A DNA stretch of 63,195 nucleotides, the filler included, from Basidioascus undulatus (taxonomy: Eukaryota): the NCBI GenBank assembly GCA_000826855.1. It is 14 parts of 14 records of this genome, joined end to end, with 100 filler letters (N's around TTAATTAATTAA, not from the genome) between each part and the next. Parts side by side here need not be neighbours in the genome. Positions count along the whole stretch, not along the records: positions 1 to 2,952 come from JTLS01002579.1; positions 3,053 to 26,815 come from JTLS01000258.1; 12 more parts are not named here. The stretch is one strand, 5' to 3'. A program made the translations under genes and the position numbers. Below, piece by piece: positions 1 to 11,971 of the stretch (its first letter is position 1; every line of letters starts with the position of its first letter). A model generated the notes under the pieces. It was given only the letters and a program-made list of their open reading frames with translations. It searched no databases and was not told the DNA's origin.

Positions 1-31
<31 letters not shown>

Positions 32-37
32 CGACAG

Positions 38-418
38 CGCAAGAAAACATCTTCGCCCGCCTCCGCCCGCTCATGGCCCCGCACGGCGTTCTCGCGATCT
101 ACGGGCCCTTCAAAACGGACGCGGGCTTCCTCAGCGCCTCGGACGAGAAGGTGTGTCGCCTGGCCCCCCTCCCCCCTCCCAATCTTCCTATGCGCCTCTC
201 CTGACGCTGGAAAACGACCCCTTACGCAGTTTGACGCGTCCCTCCGCCAACGACGACCCGGCGGCGAGGCGTTCGGCCTCCGGAACAGGGACGAGGTCGT
301 GCGCATCGCGGAGCGCCACGGGTGGATACTCAAGGAGCGCATCGATATGCCCATGGGGAACGTGATTCTGGTGTTTGGTTTAGTGGGCGGGGAGAACGGC
401 AGCAGGGCGAAGCTGTGA
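38..418 (+). CDS. DUF938/UPF0585 (METTL26-like) SAM-methyltransferase-fold protein, 3' part (last two exons)
   Basis: Exons 38-150 and 230-418 (GT..AG intron 151-229) translate to ...GVLAIYGPFKTDAGFLSASDEK|FDASLRQRRPGGEAFGLRNRDEVVRIAERHGWILKERIDMPMGNVILVF...*. This matches the DUF938 YGPF...FDxSL...G(I/L)R...MPxNN pattern. Confidence 0.82.
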   Translation, partial: RKKTSSPASARSWPRTAFSRSTGPSKRTRASSAPRTRRCVAWPPSPLPIFLCASPDAGKRPLTQFDASLRQRRPGGEAFGLRNRDEVVRIAERHGWILKERIDMPMGNVILVFGLVGGENGSRAKL

Positions 419-2952
419 CTTTGCGTTCGAGTCGGATTGATGTGAACCCTTTCGTTAGCATGCCGATACGCTGATAGGAGAAGTTAAGCAACTTTGCAGT
501 CGATGGGAGAAAAACTTGAAGAGCGGTGAAGACTGGCAGTCTCGGATAAACATCATGGCCGTAAGAGCAGGCAGCGCAAGAAAATTTGCAGGCAAGCAAC
601 GTGCGTGGCTGGGACACAATAGGCGCGTCGAGGCTATAAACGAGGGGAGCGTGAATCAACTCAAATCAGCCCTTTGTCCATTGACCACCACCTTGAAGCC
701 TAAGGAGAGGCATCAAAGGAGCGAGTGACGACTACCTTGACGAGGGGCATCGCAGTAATGCCGTTAAACGGTTCCCGTCAGACCGACGGTCATCGTCTTC
801 CTAGACGCTCCTTTCGGAATGCCTTGGCACTTATGTAATACAGATCATGCCCGTCCAAGTTCCATTTAGGCTGCTCCCACTGTTGTCGAGTACACTGCTC
901 TTTCATTCCAGTGCCTGCATGCGGAAGGACTGTGGGCTGGCACCGTACCGCGAAAATGCAGCCAAACACAGGGACACATCTCGTCACTCGCGGGTGCTTT
1001 CACGGCATGGCAACTTCACCTGATGGCCTTTGTAACATTGGAGGTCCTCAATCTGGGATCGCTTAACAGGCAGGGAAAGAAGAAGGAAAAGTTGGAAGTC
1101 CTACAGGGTGATCCCTCGGCTGTTTTAAACCGGGGGAGCGTCGCAACGATCAATCGCGCCGTCATTTTCGTCAGCGGTGCAGTAGCCCGACCAAGCCCAC
1201 TGAAACAATTGGGGAAATATCAGAGTATTGTGGGTTGCTCCAATGTCAATCAGAAAAAAAGAACGCACGTTGATGTAGCCGCCGTCGCCCTTGCGCGTGA
1301 AGGTCCCCTCCTTGAAGAGGATGATATCATACCTGGACTCGACAGGGTCAACTGTAGGCCTTAAGGGAATAAAGCTATCGCGGTTGAAAATCACCCTTGG
1401 GACCATCCGTACGAGCTCCAGACTAGCTGTACACATTCGGAGATCAGCAACAAACCGGCTACTGCCGGCGGTTGTTGGCAACGAAGCTCGCCTCTTCATG
1501 GTCCTACAGACATCCAACTCCACCTAACACGCTTTGGCAGATGTAAACCGCTCTCGGACATTGAGTCCCTGCACTTCTGTAGGAACTTGCCCATGGCAAG
1601 CGAGTGACACTGCGCGATGGAGGACGGAAGAAGTTGCTCGGACTGCTGTTGGGAGTCGGGTCCGCGGACGTCGAGCATCATCCCCTGGTCCTCGTCGGGC
1701 AGCTGCATCGGGGCGGGGAGAGTTACGAGGTCCAAACGAGCCTGTTTATGATGGACGAAGTGGTGAGTGTGGATCTGATACTCCGCCTTAGCGACGCAGA
1801 CACGAACCAGGGGAATCAGGAGGACATTCGGGCTGGTGAACAGGGAATCAAGTAAGTCCAAGGTGTCTAGGAGTTCAGCAGAAGAAACACGTACAAGCTC
1901 TTGTTGTGGTGTCGCATGGTGTCCTGTCTCCGTAATGAGCCCCACATGGGCTAGGGTGAACGCCTTCGCCGACTGGGGACGCTGCAGGAACGGCAGACCC
2001 AGGCGGCAGTTGAGTGCCTTCTCCAGAAGCTGAACTCAAAGGTGCGGACATCCCAACGCTAAAATCGAGACTCTCAAAGAAGCGCTTCAGGCTCCGCTCG
2101 TCGCCACCGGCGTGAATCCGAATGCCGTCGACGCGCGGGAAACCCGCTGACAGCGACGAGGTCCTGCGAGCCGGCAGAACGGATGTTCGAAACATCGGTA
2201 ATAATGAGGCTGTGATCGGGGGCATTGACGGCGACTCCGAGAGACCAGCGTGAGAAGGCGAGCATAAACGCGTCCGGCATCGCAATTAAACTCTTCAAAA
2301 GCGCCTTCTGGATCGACACCGTTCCTTCCCGGGAGGATTCACCGGACTGGACGAGACGGACAGCGCCCTACGCTCTCCACTGCGCGGAACCGGACAACGA
2401 AATGCGAGAGGTAGAGGCCCAGCTGCACTTGGGGCGACGGACGAGCTGTGGTTTGCTGTCCGTTGAGTGTAAATCGAGCGTCGGGCGGAAGGCCGGTGGT
2501 TGAAACGAGGCAGTCATGTGATGCCTGGGCGAGGTGAGCGAGCGCGGCTGATGTGTGCTTCCCCTCCGTAGAAGACTGAAGATCAAGACGAAGCCCGAAG
2601 CGCCTGGGCGAAGCGAATGAGCGTGAAAGTGAAGTGAGCTGAGGCGTGACTGTCCCAAAGCCGTGTGCGAGGAAGTCGAGATCGACCGTACTTCGAGAAC
2701 TCGAGCGGGGTTGACCAGCCCGTCGGGCTCCGAGAGTGAGTGTTTTATGAGAAAGATCATTATTTCCGTTCGATCGAAACGCCCCGTGCCTAACCCACAC
2801 AGTCACCACACCCAGCCAGCCAGCCCAAACCCACTCTGCAACACCCATCCATTCCCTCCGCCCTCGCCCCCGCATCAATCCGCGAACATCACCCGTCTCC
2901 TCTCCTTCTTCCCCCCCTCCTCTCCGATCGACCGGGCCGCTGACTCGTGCGT

Positions 2953-3052
2953 NNNNNNNNNNNNNNNNNNNNNNNNNNNNNNNNNNNNNNNNNNNNTTAA
3001 TTAATTAANNNNNNNNNNNNNNNNNNNNNNNNNNNNNNNNNNNNNNNNNNNN
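2953..3052. other. Artificial contig-joining spacer (N44-TTAATTAATTAA-N44), first of 13
   Basis: Identical 100-nt spacers with a six-frame-stop linker at 2953-3052, 26816-26915, 29868-29967, 32918-33017, 35967-36066, 38973-39072, 42010-42109, 45044-45143, 48077-48176, 51104-51203, 54129-54228, 57153-57252 and 60175-60274. Confidence 0.98.
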
Positions 3053-3929
3053 GAAGTGAAAAGGGAGGGAGGGGGAGGGGAAGAACAATAGCGCACCCAG
3101 TCTTTGGCGTGTGCGATACCACGAGGCGAACGGGGCGCTCGGGGCTGCAGGCGGGGACGAGCGCGTACGCGGTGAGGATCTGGAGCGCCTTGCCGTACTC
3201 GCGCTTGGCGTGCTTCTCGAACTCCTTCCTCCGAACAGGCATGCTCGCAAACAGCTTGTGGAGCGTGAAGGTCGTTCCCCTCTGCTCTCTCCCACCCTCG
3301 TCAGCTTCCCGCTTCTCCTCCCAAGCGCGCACACAAAGCCTCGTCCAACGCACCTGCCTCGCCGCCGTCCCCCTCTCCTCCCTACACACCCCGCTCCGCT
3401 CAAACGCCAGCTTCGTTCCCCTAGGCGCATCCTCCTGCGTCGCCGTGAGGCACTCGACCTGCTCCGCGAGCGCGCAGAGCGAGGAGAGCGCCTCGCCGCG
3501 GAAGCCAAAGGTCGTGACGGAGGTGAGGTCGGCGAACGAGGAGAGCTTGGACGTGTAGTGCTTGAGCGCGAGGGAGGCATAGTTGGAGGAAGGGATGCCG
3601 GAGCCGTTGTCGTGCACTTCGAGGGTGTCGAGGCCGTGGTCTTTGAAGCGGACCTCTGCGGGGATCCTCCGACTCAGCTGCAGGACAGCTACTGGGAGAG
3701 GAAAGAAGCGCACCGATGCTAGTCGCCCCGGCATCCAAACTGTTCTCAACAAGCTCCTTGACCGCGCCTACTCCCAAGCCGCCAGTCAGACTCAGGACGC
3801 GTGGCTCGCTCGTTCGTCCCGACACGTACCCTGCAAGTCGAGCACGACCTGCCCCGACTGCAGCCGGTGCACCGAGGAGCGGTCGATAGCCTTGATGCCC
3901 CCTGGTGCGGGCGGGAGGGGTATCGCCAT
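3053..3929 (-). CDS. PMS1: MutL-family mismatch repair protein PMS1 (human PMS2 type), N-terminal ATPase part, truncated by contig end
   Basis: Spliced exons give MAIPLPPAPGGIKAIDRSSVHRLQSGQVVLDLQ|GAVKELVENSLDAGATSI|EVRFKDHGLDTLEVHDNGSG...KHYTSK...TFGFRGEALSSLCAL...GTT...LFASMPVRRKEF. GHKL motifs and the MutL signature GFRGEAL are present. Confidence 0.95.
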
Positions 3930-3963
3930 TGCTGGTGTAGATGAGGGTAGGACGCAGGAGGCA

Positions 3964-4008
3964 ACGCGAGGTCGACGCGTCTTTCCGGGCGCGCTGGAAA
4001 TGACGCGC
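3964..4008. promoter_or_regulatory. Cluster of MCB-like (ACGCG[T/A]) sites just upstream of PMS1
   Basis: ACGCGA at 3964-3969, ACGCGT at 3975-3980 and ACGCGC at about 4003. PMS1 is an MBF target in yeast, but these motifs arise easily by chance in GC-rich DNA. Confidence 0.25.
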
Positions 4009-4449
4009 CAGAAGAGGTCCAGGTCCAGGTCAAGCGTTCGAATCGGGGCGTGATGCATTCTAATTACATGTACTTGGTGTGTAACGTCATTTGCCAGTTT
4101 CAGAGTATAGATTTTGCTGTTGCTCCTTCTTCTCTCTAAAGACCGAGGAGCGTATGAGCCTGTTTGATGGATGCCTGCTGCATTCTGTCAGAGGACCGCC
4201 CGCTGCGTTGCAACACAACACGGGCGCCTGCCTCTTCCATGGCTTCTTGAAAATGCCTGCTGGTGAAAGCACGCAGATGTGCCTGTGTAGAGTCGCGATG
4301 TACGGTGCCGGCCTAGACTGCATTCCTATGGCGGTGATGCTGCCTGACACTGAACAGCACTGAACGACGAGCTCGAACCTATAGCACACAGCCTTGACCT
4401 AGCACTAGCACCTTCACCCTCTCGCTCTCGATCGCTCTATCCCCTCCCC

Positions 4450-5585
4450 ATGGCCGCCCCCGCCCAGCTCTGCTGTCTCCCCGACGAGCTTTTCACACAA
4501 ATAATGTCCTTCTCCCCACTCAGTCCGACCTCGCCCGCCTCTCGCTCGTCTCGCGCCGCATCCAAGCCCTTACCGTCCCCCACCTCTTCCGCTCCGTCAC
4601 GCTCTCCTCGCACAGTCTACCTCTTCTCCTCCGCGCGCTGCACTCTCGTCTCCCGCTCGCCGCGCACGTCCGCTCCCTCTCCGTGGACTGGACCTCCTCC
4701 TACTTCGCGCCTGCCGCAGACGCAGAGCGCACCGCGCGCGTCGTAGCGCTGCTCGGGCTTCTCCCGAACCTCGCAGTCCTCCATGCCCGATAGCCCGAAG
4801 ACCCCGTGGGCGTTCTACCGCGCTCTTGATGCACCTCCCGCGGGGCTGGGGAAGCTCAGGGAACTCACACTGTATGGGGTTATGCCACGTCCGGGTTCGG
4901 GCTCGCTCAGCTGTTGCCGTGCTTTGCGCTGCCGTCGTTGCACACGCTCGCAGTCCACGGAGTGAGCCTGGAAGAGGAGCACGTGTACTCTGATGATCAT
5001 CTCGACTTCCCCTTCGCCCTCGCCAGGCTCCCCTCCCTCTGGGGCTCCTTCCCCATCACCTCCCTCGCGCTGACCTACTCGCCCGAGCCCGAGGACCCCT
5101 TCCTCCGCACAGCGCTCCTGCGCGTCCCCAAGGCCCTAGAGTCCTTCAGCCTCACCTTTTCCCCCGCCGTGTCGGACCTCCTCGCGCTCCTCCTCGCCGG
5201 CCTCGCAGACTCGCGAGACTCCACACTAACGCACTTGGCCCTCGCCGACCTCGACGAACCGGCCGGCGACCTCAGGGACTTCACGACCCTCCGCTCCCTC
5301 ACCATTTCCCTCTCCTTCCTCACCTCCGACCCCCTCCCTCCCCGGCTCTCCACACTCCGCATCGTCCCCGTCGGCGACCTCGCCCGTGGGCTGCCCCTTC
5401 TCCTCGACGTGCTGCAGAACAAGGCCGCGCTGGCGCCGAAGCTGGAGGAGCTCGTGGTGGAGCACTCGATCATGGCGGGCGCCTAGGGGCACGCGCTGAG
5501 GGCGCTTGGGGAGGCGTGCGAGGCGGCGGGGGTGCTGCTGCGGGTCGAGGAGGGGCGCTGGGCTGAGGGAGAGAATGAAGGAAGG
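4450..5585 (+). pseudogene. F-box/LRR-like protein pseudogene
   Basis: MAAPAQLCCLPDELFTQIMSF continues as LPTQSDLARLSLVSRRIQALTVPHLFRSVTL only after a 1-nt frameshift (~4512). Further shifts at ~4783 and ~4885. LRR-like segments LPSLHTLAV, LESFSL, LTHLAL, LRSLTI. In-frame TAG at 5484-5486, after which the reading continues (GHALRALGEACEAAGVLLRV). Confidence 0.8.
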
Positions 5586-6778
5586 TGCGTTGCGTTGGTC
5601 AGGACGGCGTCCCTCGGAAAAAACTGAAAAGCAACCAACCCTGGAGTCTGGCTCGGTTCTGTACTGCGCTCACTCGCGGATCCATCCTTCCACGTACCGG
5701 CGCGTTGTGCGGATACTGTACCGTCACGCAGCAGCAGCGATGCTGCGGTGGTTGAGCTGCCGTCCGACTTGACGGACGAAGCTGGACACCAATTTAGTGC
5801 ATTCCCTGTCTGGTCCTCATACCACTTTCCGGTCCTCCGCACCCGGCCTGGCAGAAGTGGAAGCGCGTGCATCGTTCGACAGTCCCTTCAGCACGTGCAG
5901 CGCGCAGTATTCAGCCTCTTCTTCCTCTTCCTCATCTTTACCTCAACCCGACCGCCTCTCAATACCGCTGAAAGCTCTCCGTCTGACCCCCAACCACCCT
6001 CTCCCAGCGCCAGCTTCACAGCTCTCAAAGTCCGCAAATTCATCTCCTCTACGATGCAGAACACCCCTCCAGCTCCAGCGCCCTTCTCCGCACCCTGACG
6101 CCCGCCTCCGTGCAAGCCTCTCTCAGCCTTGTTCCTCGAACCCCACCGTGCCCACCTGCTTCATCACAAGCTCCTCCAGCCCCGGCGGCCTACGGCTATG
6201 GGAGACAGCCTGGCGAGCGCCGTTTCGGAGGTCAAGCCCGGGCTAGTAATCCGGCGAGGTGCGTCGGTCTATGCTTGACAATTGAGACCTTGGCAGCTTA
6301 TATACAAGACTCTTAACAGCACCGGCGATGTATCGTGAGTGATTGCCGCGATACCGCCGGCGATGCGCCCGGGATGACGAACACACTGACCACTGCTTCT
6401 CAACCTACATGGCTGTTGATAACTTTGTAACGACACTGCGAGATATAGGCTTTCTTGATAGACGACGTTATCGCCTTGCTTCCTGTGTAAACACTGCGAG
6501 TGCTTGCTTGCATACGCTGCAAGTGCCGTTCTCCCCCGTCCCTCCTCTTCTTCAGTGTGTAATCAGGGACATACTCCAGAAACCATCTACTATCGATTGA
6601 ACCTGTGGTCTTTTATGATGTCAGAGACTTGCAGTCGGGCATTCAGACGACAAGTGCACGCAGTCGCCCAGTGTGCCGCCGGCATCCCCTTGCATCCCCC
6701 GGGCTTCCAAAGTTCAACTCACGCGCCGCCATGACATGCCCCCGACAACCTCCTCTTCCATGTTTTCCGACCATCACC

Positions 6779-7830
6779 ATGTCTTCCTTGCCCACGCTAC
6801 CTGAGAGACTTAGTCGATCATGTTTGCCTTCGCAGCTGACAGCTCATCGTCACTCTCTGCTGACGCTTTCGAGTTGCATTCGATCGTCTCGCGTGCCGAA
6901 TGCACGTCCATCAACGAAACGAAGGCGGCTTTGCGGCTGGTCTCGAGAAAGTGGACGGTGCGTTTCTTCTTATAACGCTGATTAATACGTCCGAGAACTG
7001 AATGCCTGCGTGGGTTTGAACAGCTTCAAAGTCGCCCAGCCGTCTTCTGCGAGCTGCTCATCACCTCGCTCATCTCCCTGGACTGGCTCTGCGACCTGGC
7101 CGCACTTGCACCCTCGAAGGACGCGTTCCTCTCTCGCTCCGCGCCAACAAATCCATCAGGAGACCCGCTGCACTTCCTGCGCATCCTCGCTTACACGCGC
7201 GCCCTGGTCGTGTGCATCCACCCGACACCCACCCCACCGGCGGCAGCCGGTCGACCGCGTGCGCACCCTACATCTACAAGTCTCCCTCCCGCGTCGCGAA
7301 ATTCTTCGCTGAGCTCTCGCGCCTTGCCTCCGTGATCGGCCTCGGCCTGCCCATCTCCTCTCTCGGCTGGTACGCTGTGCGTTCGCGTACCGCCTATCGC
7401 GGTGATCGACCAGCTGCAGCGTCTCGCTGTGGAACTCCGACCCGCTCGACCTGCTGCAAATCCTGCGGTTTCCCCTTCCCTGCCTCACGCACCTCAGCCT
7501 AGCTGGCGTTTCCAACCTTACTCTCCGCGCCCTCAAAACTACCCTCGCGCGGTTTCCGAGCCTCACGCATCTCCGCCTCGGGGCGCTAGTCCCCCTCCCA
7601 CACCCTGCCCATCCGGCCCTGCGGCGCGTGCGCGTGCCGCGCGCGGAGGTCGTCTCGGCAGAGCTGGCGGTTGTGAACGCGTTTTTGGACAGCTTGAGCG
7701 GTGGGGTGGAGGTCCTTGAGGTGGAGAGGCTGCTGGACGACGCTGCCTGCGACGATCCGGACATCCAGAGATTCGTGCTGGATTCGGTGGAGAGGTTCCT
7801 TTGGGAAATGGGGATAGGGAGAGGCTTTAA
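6779..7830 (+). pseudogene. Degenerate unknown protein-coding region
   Basis: Protein-like segments sit in different frames (LQSRPAVFCELLITSLISLDWLCDL; KFFAELSRLASVIGLG; ELAVVNAFLDSL...DIQRFVLDSVERFLWEMG). No clean splice path and no family recognised. Confidence 0.3.
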
Positions 7831-8504
7831 AAGAGGCTGTGCTTCAGAATTTTTCGGATGCTACTGCAAAGGAACTGTTGGATTCTTAGGCCGCTTGTCT
7901 GTCGTTGTTCGTGTTTATGAGCTCGAGAAAGCGCGTTATCACTGCATATTCTCTACTCATAACTTCCGGAACTCAGTGTGGATGTCTTACAATAACCTGA
8001 GCATGGCTGGGATGTCTCGCGGCGTTATCAAGCTGCGGGCCGCCTCCCATCTCTTTCTTGAACAGCTGCCACGACCTACTACCATCTTATCGAAATCATT
8101 CAGCCACCCAGAAGAGCTACTCATCTTCCGTGTTATCACAGAAATGCCAGCTAAATCCACAAAGGATTACTGCCTCTATTACACTGAGGAGTTATGTAGT
8201 AGTTGTTCACCGACCGCGCTCTGTGGCCGCGACTTCCCTGAAAAGCTCGGGAAGCTCAAACTACAGTACAGTATCATTTCATTAGAAAGATCCGCAGAGC
8301 ATGCCCATGAGGTCGAGCGGGAAGCCACGCTATCTACGTACAATGGGACTCTTGCCAGGCGGAGTGAAAAAAAAAAAACCCCGGAGCTCGTCTACAGACT
8401 CGACATATGACGACACTGGCCTTCGATCGCTCCGCCGGGACTTAACTAACACCCCCTCCTTCTGCTCCCCATCCATCTCCTCGTCCAGCCCATCCGACGT
8501 AACG

Positions 8505-9899
8505 ATGCCAACCTACTCAACAGCACCGCCCGACCCCGAGCGCGAGCCGCTGGCGCCGGACCTGTACCCGCCGCCGCCGACGGTGTCGCGCGATAAACTA
8601 CTCCGCATGCGCATCCTCACGCCACTCTCGGTCCTGCTCTCCCTCGGGGCGAACCTCGTTTGCGCGCTTGCGATCCGGCCGGGACTGGGCGACATAAATA
8701 AGGACTACTATACCCATTTGACTCCGAGCGTGAGTCTGAGAGAAAGGAGGGGAAGCGGACTACGGGGGGAGACTGAGATGGATGACCGGCGAGTAGAACT
8801 CGATGTTGGCGATGTACTGGATTGTGCTTTATTCACGTGAGTCCAAGAGCCCTGTTATCTTTCATACCGAGTACGTTATGGGACTGAACCGGTCTGTCCG
8901 GGTGGGTAAACAGTCCACATCGGGTTCTGCTTCCTGGTGGTGGCAGGGCGGAAGGAGGAAACCAAAGTGCGTTCGCTCTTCCCATCAACCACTTCACCCT
9001 GATCTCAAACGCTTCCCCATATCATCAGGATGCCGTGGTCAACGGCGTGGGCATGCGTTTCATTATCGCGCACTGGGTGCAGGCGATCTGGGCGATCTTC
9101 TGGGTACGCTGGATCCCGTTCCGTCCTCCTTTGCCGTCCCAGCTAAACGTACTGCGGCCGGGCGGATCCAGACCGTCCGCGTCTTTTGGGGCTCCGTCGC
9201 CTGCTTGTCGCTCAACGCCCTCCTCTTGCTCACCATCTACCTCACGCTCATCAGGCACAAGCCGTCGCGCTCGCGGCCGCTCGACTACATCTTCATCCAT
9301 GCACCAGTTCGGTACGTCTTCTACTCGGCCGTGCCCCTCCTTACCGTATACCTTTTCGGATGCTCTGACTGACTGAGCTATTTCGCAGGATGTGGCTCGT
9401 TGTGCTCGTAGCGATCGACATCCAGCACGCCGTCTTCGTTGCCCTCGACTGGCTGTCGGACCGCGCGACCGGCTACCCGCATCACCAGTGGCCTGCGTTC
9501 GGTCTCATCCTCGGTCCCGCCGCACTGGGCGCAGTCTTCATCCTCCTGAACAAGGACTTCATCTGGCTCATCGCTCATCTCTGGTGCGTCCTCGCTCCTT
9601 TGCTCCCGCGCCGTTTCCCCCTTCCCCTTTCCCTGTGCTCTCTTTCGATACTGACCAAGTGCATGTCACATAGGATCGTCATAGCCGTCTTCATCCGCCG
9701 TCCGAAGCCCTTCCCCGTCATGCTCGCCTGCATCGCCTCCTTCGTCATTCTCCCAGGCGCGCTCGTCGTGCGCCTCGCTTGGGACTGGTGGAGGAGCAAC
9801 CGCCGCCAGGGGCGCATCCGCCTCGAAGAAGAGGCCCGGGAGCGTGCGGGGTATGTGGACCGCGAGGAGGAGCGGATCCGGAGGGGAGGGAGAGACTAA
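8505..9899 (+). CDS. Conserved fungal multi-pass membrane protein (DUF1774-like)
   Basis: About 7 exons with GT-AG introns: MPTYSTAPP...RILTPLSVLLSLGANLVCAL...HLTP|..MYWIVLY|..FCFLVVAGRKEETK|DAVVNGVGMRFIIAHWVQAIWAIFW|...LDYIFIHAPVR|MWLVVLVAID...GRIRLEEE...*. Several hydrophobic helices. Confidence 0.72.
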
Positions 9900-11971
9900 G
9901 GAGAGGACGCTGGAGAGGGGAAGGCGCGAAGGTGTAAAGGTTATGTGATGAGGCTGGTTTATTGATTACTTTCAATTTGTGCGTGCTTTGTTTTGAGCAC
10001 GGGCATTTTGTGGTCGGCGAGGTGGGGAAATTGCGGCAGGCCTTCGGACGACAGGCCCTGCAACAGAATCGGGGCGGAAACGAGAGTATACTTGCCGCTG
10101 CAGCTAGGATGTAGGCAGAAGTTCTGGACAGCAGGACGTGGGTCGGTTTGCCGAACAGAACAGCTTGCTTTGTCCTGCTCGACCGCGGCCGGCGCAGGGC
10201 GCTGGCTTACTGTGGTGGACAGCTCAAAGCGTTCCACTGCCTATCCACCTGACTGGTGTCTTCTCCAGATGGACCATATCGATGGCTGGAGAAGACAGAA
10301 TCGAGAAAGCTGCATCAATTGCTTGTGGAAGCGTCTCGATTCAGCGGGGTGTGTCTGGGCTTGCCATCGCCCTTCAGTGCGAAGAGGTTGTATTGACCAG
10401 TATTGACCCATAGCTCTGGAATTCGGCACCTAGCGCCGTTTACAGCTGCAACATTTAATACGGTCATAGCTTCTGGGAGCAAACCGCCAGTTGCTGGCAC
10501 GCGAAGCACCTGGGAGCCCTCACGAAGGCGACCATCATTTTCTCGGGGGCTCCACATCGACTCTTCAAGCTGCGGACGCCAGGCGTTCTGAATCCACCTC
10601 CGTGCCATCTCGGTCGATTCGCCGCGGTTCAAGCTGAACCTGTACGACTTGCTGCCGATTTCCGAGGTACCGGAAAACATGAAGCTTGGGTTTGTAGAGG
10701 CGCATCAGAAGGGTGAGCTGATGGAGTGGGGCAACGATAAAGGAACGAAGCTGACGAGTTGCACTGTGGTTCTAGCTAAGGAGGGAGGGCAGGCGGCGGG
10801 CCTTACAATTCTCGTCCTCCAACCAGCGTCGTAAAGACTACCACATGTTTGCGGTACGGCCAGACTTCCTCCAGCGCCTGTGCCGCAGGACTGGGGGGGA
10901 TGATGGCTGCGGATGAAGGTGCGGGCAGCCGACCTGCAGACTAGCTTCACATACATGCTTTCAGTTGATGTGAGTGAGGTGCGCATGTGTCCGCGGCCAC
11001 AATATTTATACAGAGACAAGTCTTTGTTCAGATATTTGACGTTTGTCTGTGAGGCTGGGCTTTTGCGTCAAGCCGACAAAGATGTTCTGATGCTCCAGAA
11101 AGAAATCCGCCAGGCATTGCTGACGTCTCACGTACACAAATATTACATCCATCCGATCAATAATTCGATGATCGAATCCTATTGGGTCTTCCCGCTCGCT
11201 CTCTTCTCCTTGAAAGCCTTGGCGGCTTGTTTTCTCGCGAGATTCCCAGCGGTGCGGATTACGATGCGGAGCTGAAGGAACTGAGAGACCGCAACTAGCA
11301 TCAGCACAAGAAGAAGCACTTTGAAAATTCCAGGAACATACAAGGCCGATGATGGCAATGCCGACAAGCGGGGCGCTGTAGAAGGCGAGGAGGAAGTTGG
11401 CCTGCTGGTCGAAGTCTGCCCGCGATCCCGCCAGTGTTCAGCTTCAATTGCTGACTCCGAGGCGAGAGTTCAATAGCGTACAGTTCTTCGAAGCTATATA
11501 CGACCAGTACTTAGCAGCCAATCGGTTGATGGGCGCAGAAAAGGTGGTCAAGAGGACTGAAACCGCCCGAAGAGATCGTCAGCATTCGGGAAAGAGTCTG
11601 GACTACCTTCTTCACTCACCCGACACAACAGCGCATGCTGTGATCGAGTTTTCGTCATTCCGATGAGTGAGGAGGTATCCCAGCATGCTGATATGGATGA
11701 TGAGCAACCCGAGAAGGAGCGGCGCGTCCGCGCGATAATCAAACTGAGAGCTGGGCGTCAGTCGCCTCCAATCAATCGGACATGGAGAACGTACATCGTG
11801 AAACCCCAACTGTGCACGTTGGCTCAAAGCATCTGCGTGCTCCAGGACGAGCTTCAGTAGGTCGTTGCTGGGAGACATGATGGCGGTACGGAGTGAATCT
11901 GCGAAGCCCCAGAAGCCGTCGCGTCCAGGCATCCAGCGCGCGAACGCTCTTGACCTTGAACGCTCAGCGCG

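Noticed and set aside
1..27. Poly-T as a retroposed poly(A) tail
   Set aside because: It sits at the contig start just before a CAG acceptor of the DUF938 gene. An intronic homopolymer that broke the assembly is the simpler explanation.
2997..3008. Recurring TTAATTAATTAA as a biological repeat or CRISPR-like array
   Set aside because: It is always centred in 44+44 Ns, so it is a synthetic six-frame-stop linker.
5484..5486. In-frame TAG as stop-codon readthrough or an altered genetic code
   Set aside because: The same gene has three frameshifts, and TAG is a normal terminator in MOG1 and FPR2. A TGG-to-TAG mutation is likelier.
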